IMG/VR virus record: IMGVR_UViG_3300030116_007267
Span: 1-53,440 of that record
DNA length: 53,440 nucleotides
Direction: 5' to 3' (one strand)
DNA from: a virus
Taxonomy: Duplodnaviria; Caudoviricetes
In this document: positions 18,056-28,198 of the stretch, piece after piece
Numbering within the stretch: position 1 is the stretch's first letter
Layout of the letters: every line of letters begins with the position of its first letter
The notes under the pieces: generated by a model
Database searches by the model: none
Seen by the model: the letters and a program-made list of their open reading frames with translations, nothing else
What the model was told of the DNA's origin: nothing
Position numbers and translations under genes: made by a program

Positions 18056-18588
18056 ATTTTTCCCCGATCTGGTCCATTGACGGTTAAGCCTCTCGCGGCT
18101 GCAAATTCATCTACCGCTCTTTTAACATCTATTTTTGAATTCTTTGAATGCCGGTTTCTATAATCATGCCCACTAAATAAACCACCACTTCGAACAGCAG
18201 ACCACCAAGCATGTAGATCTCGCTTCACTGCTTCATAACGATGATCGGCATCGATGAATACAAAATCCATCATAATCAATCCTTTTGCAGCTCGTGCGCT
18301 ATCAGTTTGTATGACAAATCTTCGATGACCATGCTTTCTAGTTCTGCTAAGCGCTTGTTCTTTTGCCTGCTGCATATCTTCAATTGATGCTTGGTTCATA
18401 TTTGAACCTTCATATGGCTTCCAACGATCCACCATATAAAGCATTTTTAATTCGGGTAACTCATTTAAAAGAGTCTCTGATAATTCACCCTGCCAAACAC
18501 CAATCTCTGCACCAATAATATTATTACTAGTGTGCTGTATTACATGCTCGCGACACAAATGAAGTAAAGTTTTAATATGACTACGCAT
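18034..18588 (-). CDS. Class I SAM methyltransferase (Methyltransf_24-like)
   Basis: AEIGVWQG, VDRW, FVFIDADHRYE, GG...GHDY. Confidence 0.88.
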   Translation of the reverse strand: MRSHIKTLLHLCREHVIQHTSNNIIGAEIGVWQGELSETLLNELPELKMLYMVDRWKPYEGSNMNQASIEDMQQAKEQALSRTRKHGHRRFVIQTDSARAAKGLIMMDFVFIDADHRYEAVKRDLHAWWSAVRSGGLFSGHDYRNRHSKNSKIDVKRAVDEFAAARGLTVNGPDRGKIWWIIKP

Positions 18589-19526
18589 TACTTAACCACA
18601 TAATCTTTATAAGGATGATCAACTTTTTCTGGCTCATAGGTAGGATCAAGAAATGGCGGTAAGCGATGGTTGTTACATAAAGGCGACCACTCTTTAGCTT
18701 TGCATTTATTAGTCTCTAAAAACTGCTTAAAGATATGAAACCACATAGCATGGCCTCTAACTGCTTTGTTAGGACGCACAAAAGAGGCACCATGACCATG
18801 CCAAACAACTACATCATCATCTTCTAAACCTTTAGGTTGATATTTCATTGTGCTGCAATTGTATTTACCACCCAACAAAACATTAACCTGATCCGCATAT
18901 TTAATTTGCAAACATTGGAATGTGGTTTCGTCTGCAATAAATACACCCGCCGCTTTAATAGACCAATCTCTCCACTCTTTCAAAATTTTAGAATTCTTTT
19001 CAGCAGAAAATACACCAACATTTGGACTCGGATAAGGATTCGTTATCGCCTGATTGACATACTCATGCTCTATGCCCTCAATGTCTAACAAACGCTTAAT
19101 TCGAGTTACCATAATCGGTTTGTTTGTATGCCAATCACAAAATTGAGTTGTGGTGACTTCAAAACCTTCTGATTCGACAAAGAAATCATCAATCGGATTA
19201 TTAATTAAAGTATCCGCATCTAATAACATCCCACCGCGATCATAAATAATTTCAATCTTATGAATTAGATGGCGCTTGCGTGCCTTTTGACCAGGACTAG
19301 CAACTACAACCTGTACATTGTCGTATGCCTTCGCAATCTCTTGGCAAATATCTACAGAATTAATCGTGCAATGTCTGCGCTCTCTGGGAGACATTGCGCT
19401 TTCCGGCCAAGCATGTAAATTGATCGGAATGTCTGGAGAATGATGTCGTAAAGTTTCAACACTGCAAACAAGAAAACACGCATGTGCTGGATGAGATAGC
19501 AAATAGTTAATTTCTTTAGGTATCAT
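18588..19526 (-). CDS. GT-A fold glycosyltransferase (GT8-like)
   Basis: LLDADT DxD, PNVGVF, ADE, late H..G. Confidence 0.7.
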   Translation of the reverse strand: MIPKEINYLLSHPAHACFLVCSVETLRHHSPDIPINLHAWPESAMSPRERRHCTINSVDICQEIAKAYDNVQVVVASPGQKARKRHLIHKIEIIYDRGGMLLDADTLINNPIDDFFVESEGFEVTTTQFCDWHTNKPIMVTRIKRLLDIEGIEHEYVNQAITNPYPSPNVGVFSAEKNSKILKEWRDWSIKAAGVFIADETTFQCLQIKYADQVNVLLGGKYNCSTMKYQPKGLEDDDVVVWHGHGASFVRPNKAVRGHAMWFHIFKQFLETNKCKAKEWSPLCNNHRLPPFLDPTYEPEKVDHPYKDYVVK

Positions 19527-20250
19527 GTTCCATCATTTTTAACGTAAACGGACAAGTACACCAACGCGAGTCAAACAACTTTCGCTTGACATACACACAA
19601 TCAACTTGTCCTGCATAAGCTTTAGTCGTATGAAAAAACTGACGTACAAATCCAAATCTATGAAGGATCTCATGTATTTGTATAGGAGTATCCCAACCCA
19701 AGCCTGGAGGATTACTAGTCAGTTCAACATTTATCATATCCGTATGTTTTAAAAACTCTGTTGCACAATCTAATACTTTTCTTTCTGTGCCTTCACAATC
19801 CAACCACAGCAAAGATTTTTTATCTGGTACCGGCTCCCAAACTTTATCTAATTGCCGAACGATAATTGGCACTGATTGATCATACCCGTCTGCAATTGTG
19901 CCTTCATGTGGCAATAAACTAGCACCGTCTTTATGACGATTGCGCCAATACAAGGTGCCGCTGCCACAATAATTACTAAAAGCAATTGGCAACATTTCAC
20001 CTGGATATTTTTCTTGTAGATTTAAAAAAGATTGAGGATGAGGCTCTACTGCAAAAAATTCTGGTTGATCACATAAAAAATCTAAACACTGCCATTCTTC
20101 AGCATTTACACCTACACCAACCTGATGAATTACTTCGGGATACCAATTCAGGAACGTTAAAATATTACAAATACCAATACCACTACGTCGAGAAAGTAAA
20201 CTCTTATCTCCATTCTCAATCAGTTTTTCTATTTTTGATTTCCGAGTCAT
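19516..20250 (-). CDS. FkbM-family methyltransferase
   Basis: QVGVG, AVEP.P, LD, LWLDCEGTE..VL, VE. Confidence 0.85.
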   Translation of the reverse strand: MTRKSKIEKLIENGDKSLLSRRSGIGICNILTFLNWYPEVIHQVGVGVNAEEWQCLDFLCDQPEFFAVEPHPQSFLNLQEKYPGEMLPIAFSNYCGSGTLYWRNRHKDGASLLPHEGTIADGYDQSVPIIVRQLDKVWEPVPDKKSLLWLDCEGTERKVLDCATEFLKHTDMINVELTSNPPGLGWDTPIQIHEILHRFGFVRQFFHTTKAYAGQVDCVYVKRKLFDSRWCTCPFTLKMMEHDT

Positions 20251-21059
20251 GATAACGCTCTCGCAGATTGCGCTCGAACTGCATTAATTCCATTTGTCCA
20301 AACCCAACCACGCTTCTTTGCACTGAACGTGCGAATTTGACAACCTATACGTGCCGCACAATACCACACATAACCATCTTGTGACGGTACCGGAAGTTGA
20401 TCTGGTCCACATGTACGTTCCGCCATTTGCGATATGACTCGCGTAAATGCAGTGTTGTAAAAAGAAACATAAGAAATGATTCTCTTATGCTTAACTTTAT
20501 TTGCTCCCTCCTCTGGGCGCAAATTTAACGGTTTGTTCTGCGCTAATAATTGAAGAGGACTATCTGCACCAGATCCATATTGATCTACCCAGTCATCAAG
20601 TTTCAACATTTGATTTGCTGGTTTTGTATATCCCCATGGTGGTGAAATAATTGCAGGTTGAAACTCAAACCAACTTTCATCAATCCAATCATCATCACCT
20701 GTAGCAACCATGTCCGTATCTATTTTTAACCAATACGGTGTAGAAACCGTTATTGCAGGGACATGCACAAAACCAGCAAGCATTTTATATCGCTGTGGAT
20801 TTGACCATTTAGAAGAATTGTTACCAGCAAATTCAGTATTTCCTGATTGAGGCCAAGGAACGTATGTAATTTTCATCGACGCTTTTGCTTTTAACGTCGA
20901 TTGGATTTCATGTGCAGTTACCTCAGATCGATCATAAAAAATTACAAAAGGTTGCTGCATCAATGATGGTTTGTTTGCTTGCCACGTTTCCCATGAATAA
21001 GCAAGTTGTGTTAAATGTGCTTTATCAACACCGATAACTATCGTGTAGTTGGTAAACAT
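20247..21059 (-). CDS. Putative GT-A glycosyltransferase
   Basis: TPYWLKIDTDM DxD motif, SQD; cluster context. Confidence 0.6.
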   Translation of the reverse strand: MFTNYTIVIGVDKAHLTQLAYSWETWQANKPSLMQQPFVIFYDRSEVTAHEIQSTLKAKASMKITYVPWPQSGNTEFAGNNSSKWSNPQRYKMLAGFVHVPAITVSTPYWLKIDTDMVATGDDDWIDESWFEFQPAIISPPWGYTKPANQMLKLDDWVDQYGSGADSPLQLLAQNKPLNLRPEEGANKVKHKRIISYVSFYNTAFTRVISQMAERTCGPDQLPVPSQDGYVWYCAARIGCQIRTFSAKKRGWVWTNGINAVRAQSARALS

Positions 21060-21478
21060 TTAGCTATATCTCGATGCAAAGCTTCTATTGAATCTATCCC
21101 ACCAACATCCAGACGACAAATATCATCTGCTCGGCAGGTACCCCCACGATCCGGCCAATACACTTCAACCATTTCACCATCTTCTAATACACGAAATCGA
21201 TGTATGACTGTAGAAGGTACCGTATAGTGATCGCCCGCATTTAAAATCTTTAATGTTTTTAAAGAGGGATCGTAATTAGTAATAGTCGTATCCCATTCTT
21301 CAATTACAACCTTACCGCTAATAACATAAAAAGCATTTGCTCGATCTTCATGATAATGACGAGAACATCTTGTTCCTCGTTTTACTTTTAGATGACTTAC
21401 TGCGGCTCCTTGATCACAAAACATGTGAACCACTTCACCCCAACATTTCTTTTCATGTTTCGGTGTAAACGGACCCAT
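21038..21478 (-). CDS. Cupin (mannose-6-phosphate isomerase / sugar isomerase type)
   Basis: K.WG, S.HYH....F.V.SG, GD...VP...HRF. Confidence 0.8.
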   Translation of the reverse strand: MGPFTPKHEKKCWGEVVHMFCDQGAAVSHLKVKRGTRCSRHYHEDRANAFYVISGKVVIEEWDTTITNYDPSLKTLKILNAGDHYTVPSTVIHRFRVLEDGEMVEVYWPDRGGTCRADDICRLDVGGIDSIEALHRDIAKCLPTTR

Positions 21479-22707
21479 TAATTTTCATCCTTTTTATACC
21501 AATCTTTAATGTCCCAATTCTTAGGCATATGCTGTTTGCAAATTTCTAAAGCCCTTTCATATGGAACATAGGGAAATGCACGCAAATGCGAATGCTTATT
21601 GCAATTGAAAGTTTGAAACCCATAACGTTCAAAGACTGGTCGCAATCGCAGAAACCAATTATTAGAAATCTCGTAATGACGATTATTTGATCTTACTGCA
21701 CTACTGTCTCTTTGTTCGCCAAATGCATAATTCTCATGCAATCCCGCATCAGGATTCATATAAAAATCAACACCTAACAAAAAGATAGTTCGACATCCTA
21801 AATATTGAAGAAGCCGTAAACCTAAGAAGGTTGTATTTGCGCAACGAGGCTCTCCCAATTTATTATGACCTTGTTTTTGATTTCCCCATGCTGCACGAGT
21901 CGTAGAAAACCATGTGTCATCACAGGCTAACCAACTACGTCTGTCAAAACCCCAAACGTTAGGACACTCATAAGTATGCCTACCTGTAAATTCGTAAGTA
22001 CCATTTTCATGACAATGGCGTAATTTAGCTCGATTATTTTTTAGCTTAGGGATGGGCACAAATTTCATAATTTTGGGATCTTCCCAAATACCACTATGAA
22101 ATTTTTGAGGAGGATCGCTACAAACAAACGCGCTAACAGTAGGTGGCACCTGCAAAGGATCAACACCTTCTGGAGTGTAAGCAGCAACGTTATTAACACC
22201 CAAAGAAAACACCCCACGATCACCTAATCGCAAAGTATCTATTTCTTTAAGAGAAGGACCACCGCAAACTAAAAATGCGGCTTTGCCTGCAAGCATCCCT
22301 CTAAGAGAATCCGTTTTTTTACGAAAACGATCCGTTATATGTAACGGATCTAAATATTTGTCACTGACTAACGGATCTTCATGATTGACATAATCTGAAC
22401 ACTTTGAGCAATCTTTTAGTCCAGTATGTCGCCGATTAGAAAATCGAGTGCAATGTCCATGATGTGGGCACTCGTATATGGGATGGTCGGCATCAGGCCA
22501 CTTATTTTCCTGATTAAGCTTGCCTAAATATATACAAGGCAATACGCCATCTGATTTAGGTGGACCATTGCCACCTCGACACTCTTTATGTGACTCTGGA
22601 TCACTGACTGTGTGGTGAAAAGTACAATGCCCTGCTGCATCGCATTTGCAAGAAATATCTTTTGAAAATTTGCTAACAGGCGTTTGCTTTTCCAACTCAT
22701 TATCCAT
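21478..22707 (-). CDS. Maf/DUF115 (CstII sialyltransferase-like) transferase with a Cys/His-rich N-terminal domain
   Basis: LVCGGPSL, GVNN, D, L..LG...I.LLGVDF motifs. Confidence 0.7.
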   Translation of the reverse strand: MDNELEKQTPVSKFSKDISCKCDAAGHCTFHHTVSDPESHKECRGGNGPPKSDGVLPCIYLGKLNQENKWPDADHPIYECPHHGHCTRFSNRRHTGLKDCSKCSDYVNHEDPLVSDKYLDPLHITDRFRKKTDSLRGMLAGKAAFLVCGGPSLKEIDTLRLGDRGVFSLGVNNVAAYTPEGVDPLQVPPTVSAFVCSDPPQKFHSGIWEDPKIMKFVPIPKLKNNRAKLRHCHENGTYEFTGRHTYECPNVWGFDRRSWLACDDTWFSTTRAAWGNQKQGHNKLGEPRCANTTFLGLRLLQYLGCRTIFLLGVDFYMNPDAGLHENYAFGEQRDSSAVRSNNRHYEISNNWFLRLRPVFERYGFQTFNCNKHSHLRAFPYVPYERALEICKQHMPKNWDIKDWYKKDEN

Positions 22708-22768
22708 AACGCATCGCTCCTTCTACTTGATTGTAGTTCAGATGCGCTAAGATAATCAAGGCTTTACA

Positions 22769-23176
22769 TCAGTCTGCATTACCTGTATTTCTTAATGGCG
22801 TATAAAAATAAGAATCAGATTCGAACATCAATCGCAAATCATCTTTTCGCACAAAATTTTCACGAATTTCTTTTTTTAATTCACGCAGATCTACATCAAG
22901 TTTTTCCATTCTGGAAATAATATTATCAACACGCTCTAACGTGATTGGATGCCCTGTCGTCTGATGATGTACCGTCATTTGATGCTCTATAGTATCTAAT
23001 CGTTTTATGATTGGAGATACAGCAGCATCAATTCGTTCTTGTTTTTGCTGCGGAGTTTCCATGCGCGTATGCATGATGCCACCAAACCAGAAAGCAAATG
23101 AAGAAACCACAACTAGTGGTGCCCAAAGATCTTTAACAATTGAATATAACGTTGATCGTATATTTTCTTTATTCAT
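22769..23176 (-). CDS. Single-TM coiled-coil membrane protein (possible lysis accessory)
   Basis: Hydrophobic LWAPLVVVSSFAFWFGG followed by a coiled coil. Confidence 0.55.
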   Translation of the reverse strand: MNKENIRSTLYSIVKDLWAPLVVVSSFAFWFGGIMHTRMETPQQKQERIDAAVSPIIKRLDTIEHQMTVHHQTTGHPITLERVDNIISRMEKLDVDLRELKKEIRENFVRKDDLRLMFESDSYFYTPLRNTGNAD

Positions 23177-23221
23177 GTCGCCACTAGCTGTAATAAGACG
23201 GCCCCTATTCTTATTATTTTA

Positions 23222-23728
23222 TCAAATTTTAGATTTTTCGTAGTAAATGGCGACTCTATATACTATTGCAATTACAATCCTAGCAAGCCATTTAGGCATG
23301 GAATCTGAAAGACCTGCTACTATCTCTCTTCGTATCCGTCGCCAATTAGTACGCTTTCGCTTACTTCTCATTTCATGCTTTAAAATTAATTGATTGACGA
23401 CAGTTTTACGATTCTTTCGTAACGTCTTAACATCCGTTAAATCTAAATAACGAGCAGTTGCATCACAGCCGCAACCTCCTTGACTGCGTATGCCTAGATG
23501 ATGAAACCAAGCTTTAAGAGTTGTTCCTATTCTGGTTTTATCAGAACCAACACGCACATAAGGAACATTACAAGCTTCAAGAAATTCTAGATCTGCGTAA
23601 TAAACCCAAAGAGGTTTTATCGTAAAAATTTTATGGCGATTGCCATACGGAATTTTTACAACTTGCTTATCTTGAATTTTAAACGTGACTTTGATGCCAT
23701 CTTTTATTTGACGACCATGAATGAACAT
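23222..23728 (-). CDS. Hypothetical basic protein with GCGC motif
   Basis: ORF in the late operon. Confidence 0.65.
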   Translation of the reverse strand: MFIHGRQIKDGIKVTFKIQDKQVVKIPYGNRHKIFTIKPLWVYYADLEFLEACNVPYVRVGSDKTRIGTTLKAWFHHLGIRSQGGCGCDATARYLDLTDVKTLRKNRKTVVNQLILKHEMRSKRKRTNWRRIRREIVAGLSDSMPKWLARIVIAIVYRVAIYYEKSKI

Positions 23729-23732
23729 GTAC

Positions 23733-25553
23733 CTAAGACCATGTAATGACCACGGTTGTTCGCTGATCAGCAGATGGATCGTTTGGATCAGCTCTATTAA
23801 TTATCAATCCACAAGGAATTCCATCTGGATTAATTTGTGAGAAAAAGTCGTTTTTGCAACCAACAAAAGTATGTATTCCAAACTGCTGACCACCAAAAAT
23901 ACCATCTTTATTAAATTCTTTTGCAAACGCTTCTTCATCACCATCGTCATCAAACGTTTCTCTTTTTTGGAAATTAGGTACGCCACCAATAGTATATTTT
24001 CCATCCGTATCAAACCAAGACGCTTTACCTATAGACGCATACCATTCACCTCTGTTTTGTGTATGACTTTGCCCAAAAATAAGATCAAATGTACCTACCG
24101 AATTAAAATGACAAATTTCATTCATAGATGGCACATTCTCTGCATCAACTGCTGCATACATATACTGCGCCATATCATCTGTGCCATCTGTTGGCGGACG
24201 ATAAGTAGCATCTGCAAGATCTAACGAATTATTTCGTTCATGACCCCGATAAATCGGATGTCCTGGTGGATATAAATGCTGCATAACACAGTGTGTAATA
24301 TCTCCACCCGAACAACTTGCTTGAACACGATACCACCTAGTAATCGTTTCAGGATCTAAAGGCTCTTTAGCATCCACAGACATATTCCAACAATCACTAG
24401 GATGATAATCTGTGATTATAACTTCATTTAAATCTATAGAATCTCCAGGAGCCGATTGCTCCTCCTTAAACATTTGTTTTATTTCTCCAGTTAAAGGATC
24501 AAGCACTACATAACCAATATACGGATCATCCCAGTCTGTTGTAGGCTCGCCACCTTCTCCTTTAATCAAATAAGATACTCCATAACCACGAACATCTTGA
24601 ACAACATCAACACTAAATTCTCCTTGCCACCAACCATCATAAGCACTAAATACCGCAAAAATTATTTCATTATCTGATCGTGGTGAAAGGTTTCTAATTT
24701 TTTCTTTTGTCACATAATGCATAGTCACTTCACCAATGACTGCCATTGATTCATGACATTCTTCAAACCCAGCACCTGAATGTGAAAAACGGGCTGTCAT
24801 TGTCGAATTAGTGCTCGGGCAATCAACAGAACCCCAACAACACCATTCATAAATTTCTAATGTTTCTGTTAAGGTAATACCTGTGTTTTCCGAAGTCCAA
24901 GTAAGTGTCATTTCTTCGCCAGTCGGCCTTACCCATCCTTCAGATTCTTCTGGTACATCACAATCTGCAACAATCCAAGCACCTTTTGTGATATATCCAG
25001 GGTCACATATATTTGAAACATCATCTAATCTTTTAACAGTTCCTCGATAAGCACAACATTTTGACGAGGAATCTCCCTCAACCTCTCTTTTTGCACATTC
25101 ACATACATAACCGCACCACATAGAGTCACTTTCTTGACAACAAATGGGCGCATACATGTTCCTTTGCAAATCCCAATAGGCAATAACAACATCACCTACT
25201 TGATAGTCCTTATCTATAAAAGAACCATCCATAGGAAAGGGTCCAGTAGTTTCTATCATGAACCACTTACCCTTATCACGATCAAAATAATGTTCGTGAA
25301 CCAGATAAACTTTTAACTTTTTATCACCTTGTGCTGCGTTTTCGAATTCTACCGTGGTTGAACCTACAACCTCTACCACTCTTTGATGGTGAGGAATCGG
25401 GCTGGATTGCGTAGCGAATGTGCCCGCATTGTATAAATGGTTGGGGGCACCGCCTGAAGATTGACCACCCTGACGAACACCAGAGCTTAAATCATTTAGA
25501 TACTCTGCTGTTATATGCTGACCGGGATGCTTCTTTGGAAATAGTTCATGCAT
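23733..25553 (-). CDS. Putative tail tip / receptor-binding protein, Cys-rich
   Basis: Second gene after the tape measure; PGQ.ITA..LN N-terminus; acidic, beta-rich. Confidence 0.55.
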   Translation of the reverse strand: MHELFPKKHPGQHITAEYLNDLSSGVRQGGQSSGGAPNHLYNAGTFATQSSPIPHHQRVVEVVGSTTVEFENAAQGDKKLKVYLVHEHYFDRDKGKWFMIETTGPFPMDGSFIDKDYQVGDVVIAYWDLQRNMYAPICCQESDSMWCGYVCECAKREVEGDSSSKCCAYRGTVKRLDDVSNICDPGYITKGAWIVADCDVPEESEGWVRPTGEEMTLTWTSENTGITLTETLEIYEWCCWGSVDCPSTNSTMTARFSHSGAGFEECHESMAVIGEVTMHYVTKEKIRNLSPRSDNEIIFAVFSAYDGWWQGEFSVDVVQDVRGYGVSYLIKGEGGEPTTDWDDPYIGYVVLDPLTGEIKQMFKEEQSAPGDSIDLNEVIITDYHPSDCWNMSVDAKEPLDPETITRWYRVQASCSGGDITHCVMQHLYPPGHPIYRGHERNNSLDLADATYRPPTDGTDDMAQYMYAAVDAENVPSMNEICHFNSVGTFDLIFGQSHTQNRGEWYASIGKASWFDTDGKYTIGGVPNFQKRETFDDDGDEEAFAKEFNKDGIFGGQQFGIHTFVGCKNDFFSQINPDGIPCGLIINRADPNDPSADQRTTVVITWS

Positions 25554-25573
25554 TAGTGAACTTTCAGCACTTT

Positions 25574-26635
25574 TTAATTTTCTTTATTTATTTCGTCTAT
25601 TTCAGCAGAAAAGATTTGCATCAAATTTTGAGAAGGGAACAATGGCTTACCATCATCAAAATATACTTTTTCCCACTGACCACGTTCTGGATTCCAAATA
25701 TGATTATGACCTCTCACAGCTTTAGCATTCGCATCCGCTTTGCGGTTGTATTTTCTAACTTCTGAAAAATGCAAATTTAATGTGATAGTCTTATCATCTT
25801 CACGATTATCCTCTGCACGAAGATCATTTTGAATATTTAATAATTGTGCTTGTTTTCGAGGATCTAACGGTTTACCTGTATCTGGATCTTTTTCACCTCT
25901 ACTTAATTCATCACCGATTGCCATACCCAACACAGCAGCATTTGTATACTCTTCTTCAAAATCAAATCCTAAAAACAAAACTGTTTCTTCAGGAGCACCA
26001 AAAAATATTTCCATCTTTTTATCATTAATTGTTCCAACTAATGATCTCAAAAGAGGCAAAAGTGTTTGCCTAAATAACGACCGATCAATACTAGGCCACT
26101 CTACAGACCATGTAATGGTTGGCGTCATGATTTGTAATGGTAACTGTGGCTGTTTAAACGATTGTGCAGTCCCACCATCATCACCTTGTACTTTAGCATT
26201 CGGTGCAGGAGACGTTAGCACTTGGCCCGATGCTCGGGCAGATATTTTATAAGGCTGGTCGTCTTCTTGTTCTTTCGTTTCATACTGAACAGTTACTTTA
26301 GCTAACGTATCGTACGTCTCCGCTGGAGCCCAATAATCCGCTGCAAAAAAATCAATTGGACGACCACCTGTAAATGCTACCGCTGAAATATTAGAGGTTT
26401 GCAATCGAGTCCCCGGCAAATAACGAGTCCTTCGAATTGCCTGTTTACCTTTAGTATTGTTTGTTGGCGGAAAAGATTCGTTAATAAAAGCAACCACATA
26501 ATTCCAAGGCATTACTAAAATTTCTGTAGCAGATGCCTTATTCTCTTCGACACTTAATGACAAATCCATAACACGATATGGAATGCCTGCTTTAGTTTTT
26601 AAACGCCATGTGGCTGGCAGTCGTGGATCAGTCAT
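25574..26635 (-). CDS. Putative distal tail / baseplate hub protein
   Basis: Immediately follows the tape measure gene. Confidence 0.55.
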   Translation of the reverse strand: MTDPRLPATWRLKTKAGIPYRVMDLSLSVEENKASATEILVMPWNYVVAFINESFPPTNNTKGKQAIRRTRYLPGTRLQTSNISAVAFTGGRPIDFFAADYWAPAETYDTLAKVTVQYETKEQEDDQPYKISARASGQVLTSPAPNAKVQGDDGGTAQSFKQPQLPLQIMTPTITWSVEWPSIDRSLFRQTLLPLLRSLVGTINDKKMEIFFGAPEETVLFLGFDFEEEYTNAAVLGMAIGDELSRGEKDPDTGKPLDPRKQAQLLNIQNDLRAEDNREDDKTITLNLHFSEVRKYNRKADANAKAVRGHNHIWNPERGQWEKVYFDDGKPLFPSQNLMQIFSAEIDEINKEN

Positions 26636-28191
26636 TATCTACTCTTTAAAGTTCCTGGTCCGCCGTTTCGATGCTGCTCTTCTTGGATATCCAATTGCCG
26701 TTGCTGCATCGCATTACCGGCTTCGAGCGCATTTAATTGTTTCTGATCAGTATCTTCACCAAACATCATGTCTTGTATAGAAGAAGCCAGTCCAAGTAAA
26801 TCAGTCGCTCCATAACTAAACCCCGATTTAGAGTCTTTTTTAATTTGAAGAGCTGGTGCAGCAGGTTTGTCAAATGCCTCTGGTGGTTTTGGTCTTGTCG
26901 CATCTGCAAAACCCTTCATAAAATTTCGTCTTTTTTCTTCAAATTCTCTTTTAGACCTTTTTAAATCAGAACTTTCAGAAGTCTTCATGCTAGCTTTCAT
27001 CTCTGCATATGCACCTTTGAGATATGCTGCATTTTCACCCGCTGATTTAGAGATACCGTTAAAGGCGTCTTCTGCATGATCAGTGATTTCTAATATCATC
27101 TGTCCAAACTCATTTGAAACATCGCCACCTGTAAAAGCGGCCCAAATCATCTTTCCTAAGCCTTTAAAAATACTAACAGCCGATTTACCAAAAAGAGCTA
27201 AATACTCTAGAAGGTTTTGTAATTGTTGTCTCATACCTAATTGAAGCGCTTTCATCGCAAACCATGCATATTGCGGAAAGTTTTTCCAAAAATTCACAGT
27301 CCAGTTTTCTAATTCATAGTATTTAAGTTTTACACCAGCCATAATTAAGTCCCATGTCATGGACCAATTATCAAGAACAAAACCTAACATTTTAACCCAA
27401 GGCAAAACAAAGTCTGTCAAAAAGGCTAACCACTTCTCTTTAATCTTGACAAACATTGGAATAAGTGCAGTACCCAATGCTTCTTTTGTGTCATTCAATT
27501 TGTTATTAACAATTTGCAATTGACCTGCTGGCGTATCTGCCATTGCTTGTGCTACACCATCTACCTGACCTTTAACAGCCGCTAACAAGATTTCTTGTGC
27601 TCCAAGCAAATTACCCTGTTCCATCAATAGCTGAATGCGTTCTTTATCATCTGGCAAAATGGAAACACCAACACGCTTTAACGCAGAAACACCTTGGATT
27701 GGGTCTTCTAACGCTTTACCCATTTGAATACTAGCCTGCTCAATACTACCAAATCCAGTATGAGCAAGATCTAAAGAAGCTTGTGTTGCATCTCTAAAAA
27801 CCTCTCCTTGGACATTTTTAAATGTGGCTAATTTTCCCATAGCATTTAGGATTTCTTCATCGCCAATAGTTGATGCACTTTGCATCTCATTAGCCATGTC
27901 TCCTAATTGTTCTGCTGAAAATCCTGCTGCATGGCCTGTCGCTTTGAGAACACCTTTTACTCGTGCCATTGCTTGAATTTGAGTTGTCGCTAACTCAATA
28001 GACTCGCCTGCTAATCGCCATCCACGAAAGGCTAAAGCGGTTAATCCCAAACCACCAGCCATCATTTTCATCTGACGTTTAGACCATTTAACAAGCTTTT
28101 TTAATCGCTTCTTAAAGTCTTCTGTTTTTTTACGTCCGTCTTTATCATCGATTTGAATTTTAACGGCTAAGTTTGCAATTTGTATTGCCAT
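26635..28191 (-). CDS. Tail tape measure protein (518 aa)
   Basis: Ala/Gly-rich helical, GKALEDP.QG.SAL.RVG motif, aromatic repeats, follows the chaperone pair. Confidence 0.88.
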   Translation of the reverse strand: MAIQIANLAVKIQIDDKDGRKKTEDFKKRLKKLVKWSKRQMKMMAGGLGLTALAFRGWRLAGESIELATTQIQAMARVKGVLKATGHAAGFSAEQLGDMANEMQSASTIGDEEILNAMGKLATFKNVQGEVFRDATQASLDLAHTGFGSIEQASIQMGKALEDPIQGVSALKRVGVSILPDDKERIQLLMEQGNLLGAQEILLAAVKGQVDGVAQAMADTPAGQLQIVNNKLNDTKEALGTALIPMFVKIKEKWLAFLTDFVLPWVKMLGFVLDNWSMTWDLIMAGVKLKYYELENWTVNFWKNFPQYAWFAMKALQLGMRQQLQNLLEYLALFGKSAVSIFKGLGKMIWAAFTGGDVSNEFGQMILEITDHAEDAFNGISKSAGENAAYLKGAYAEMKASMKTSESSDLKRSKREFEEKRRNFMKGFADATRPKPPEAFDKPAAPALQIKKDSKSGFSYGATDLLGLASSIQDMMFGEDTDQKQLNALEAGNAMQQRQLDIQEEQHRNGGPGTLKSR

Positions 28192-28198
28192 AACTATC

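Noticed and set aside
15518-22707. Cluster as a DNA hypermodification or O-antigen conversion locus
   Set aside because: No base-activating enzyme and no membrane GT or flippase seen, and it lies in the late operon; disfavoured, not disproved
22769-23176. Holin call
   Set aside because: Only one TM segment and no endolysin recognisable nearby
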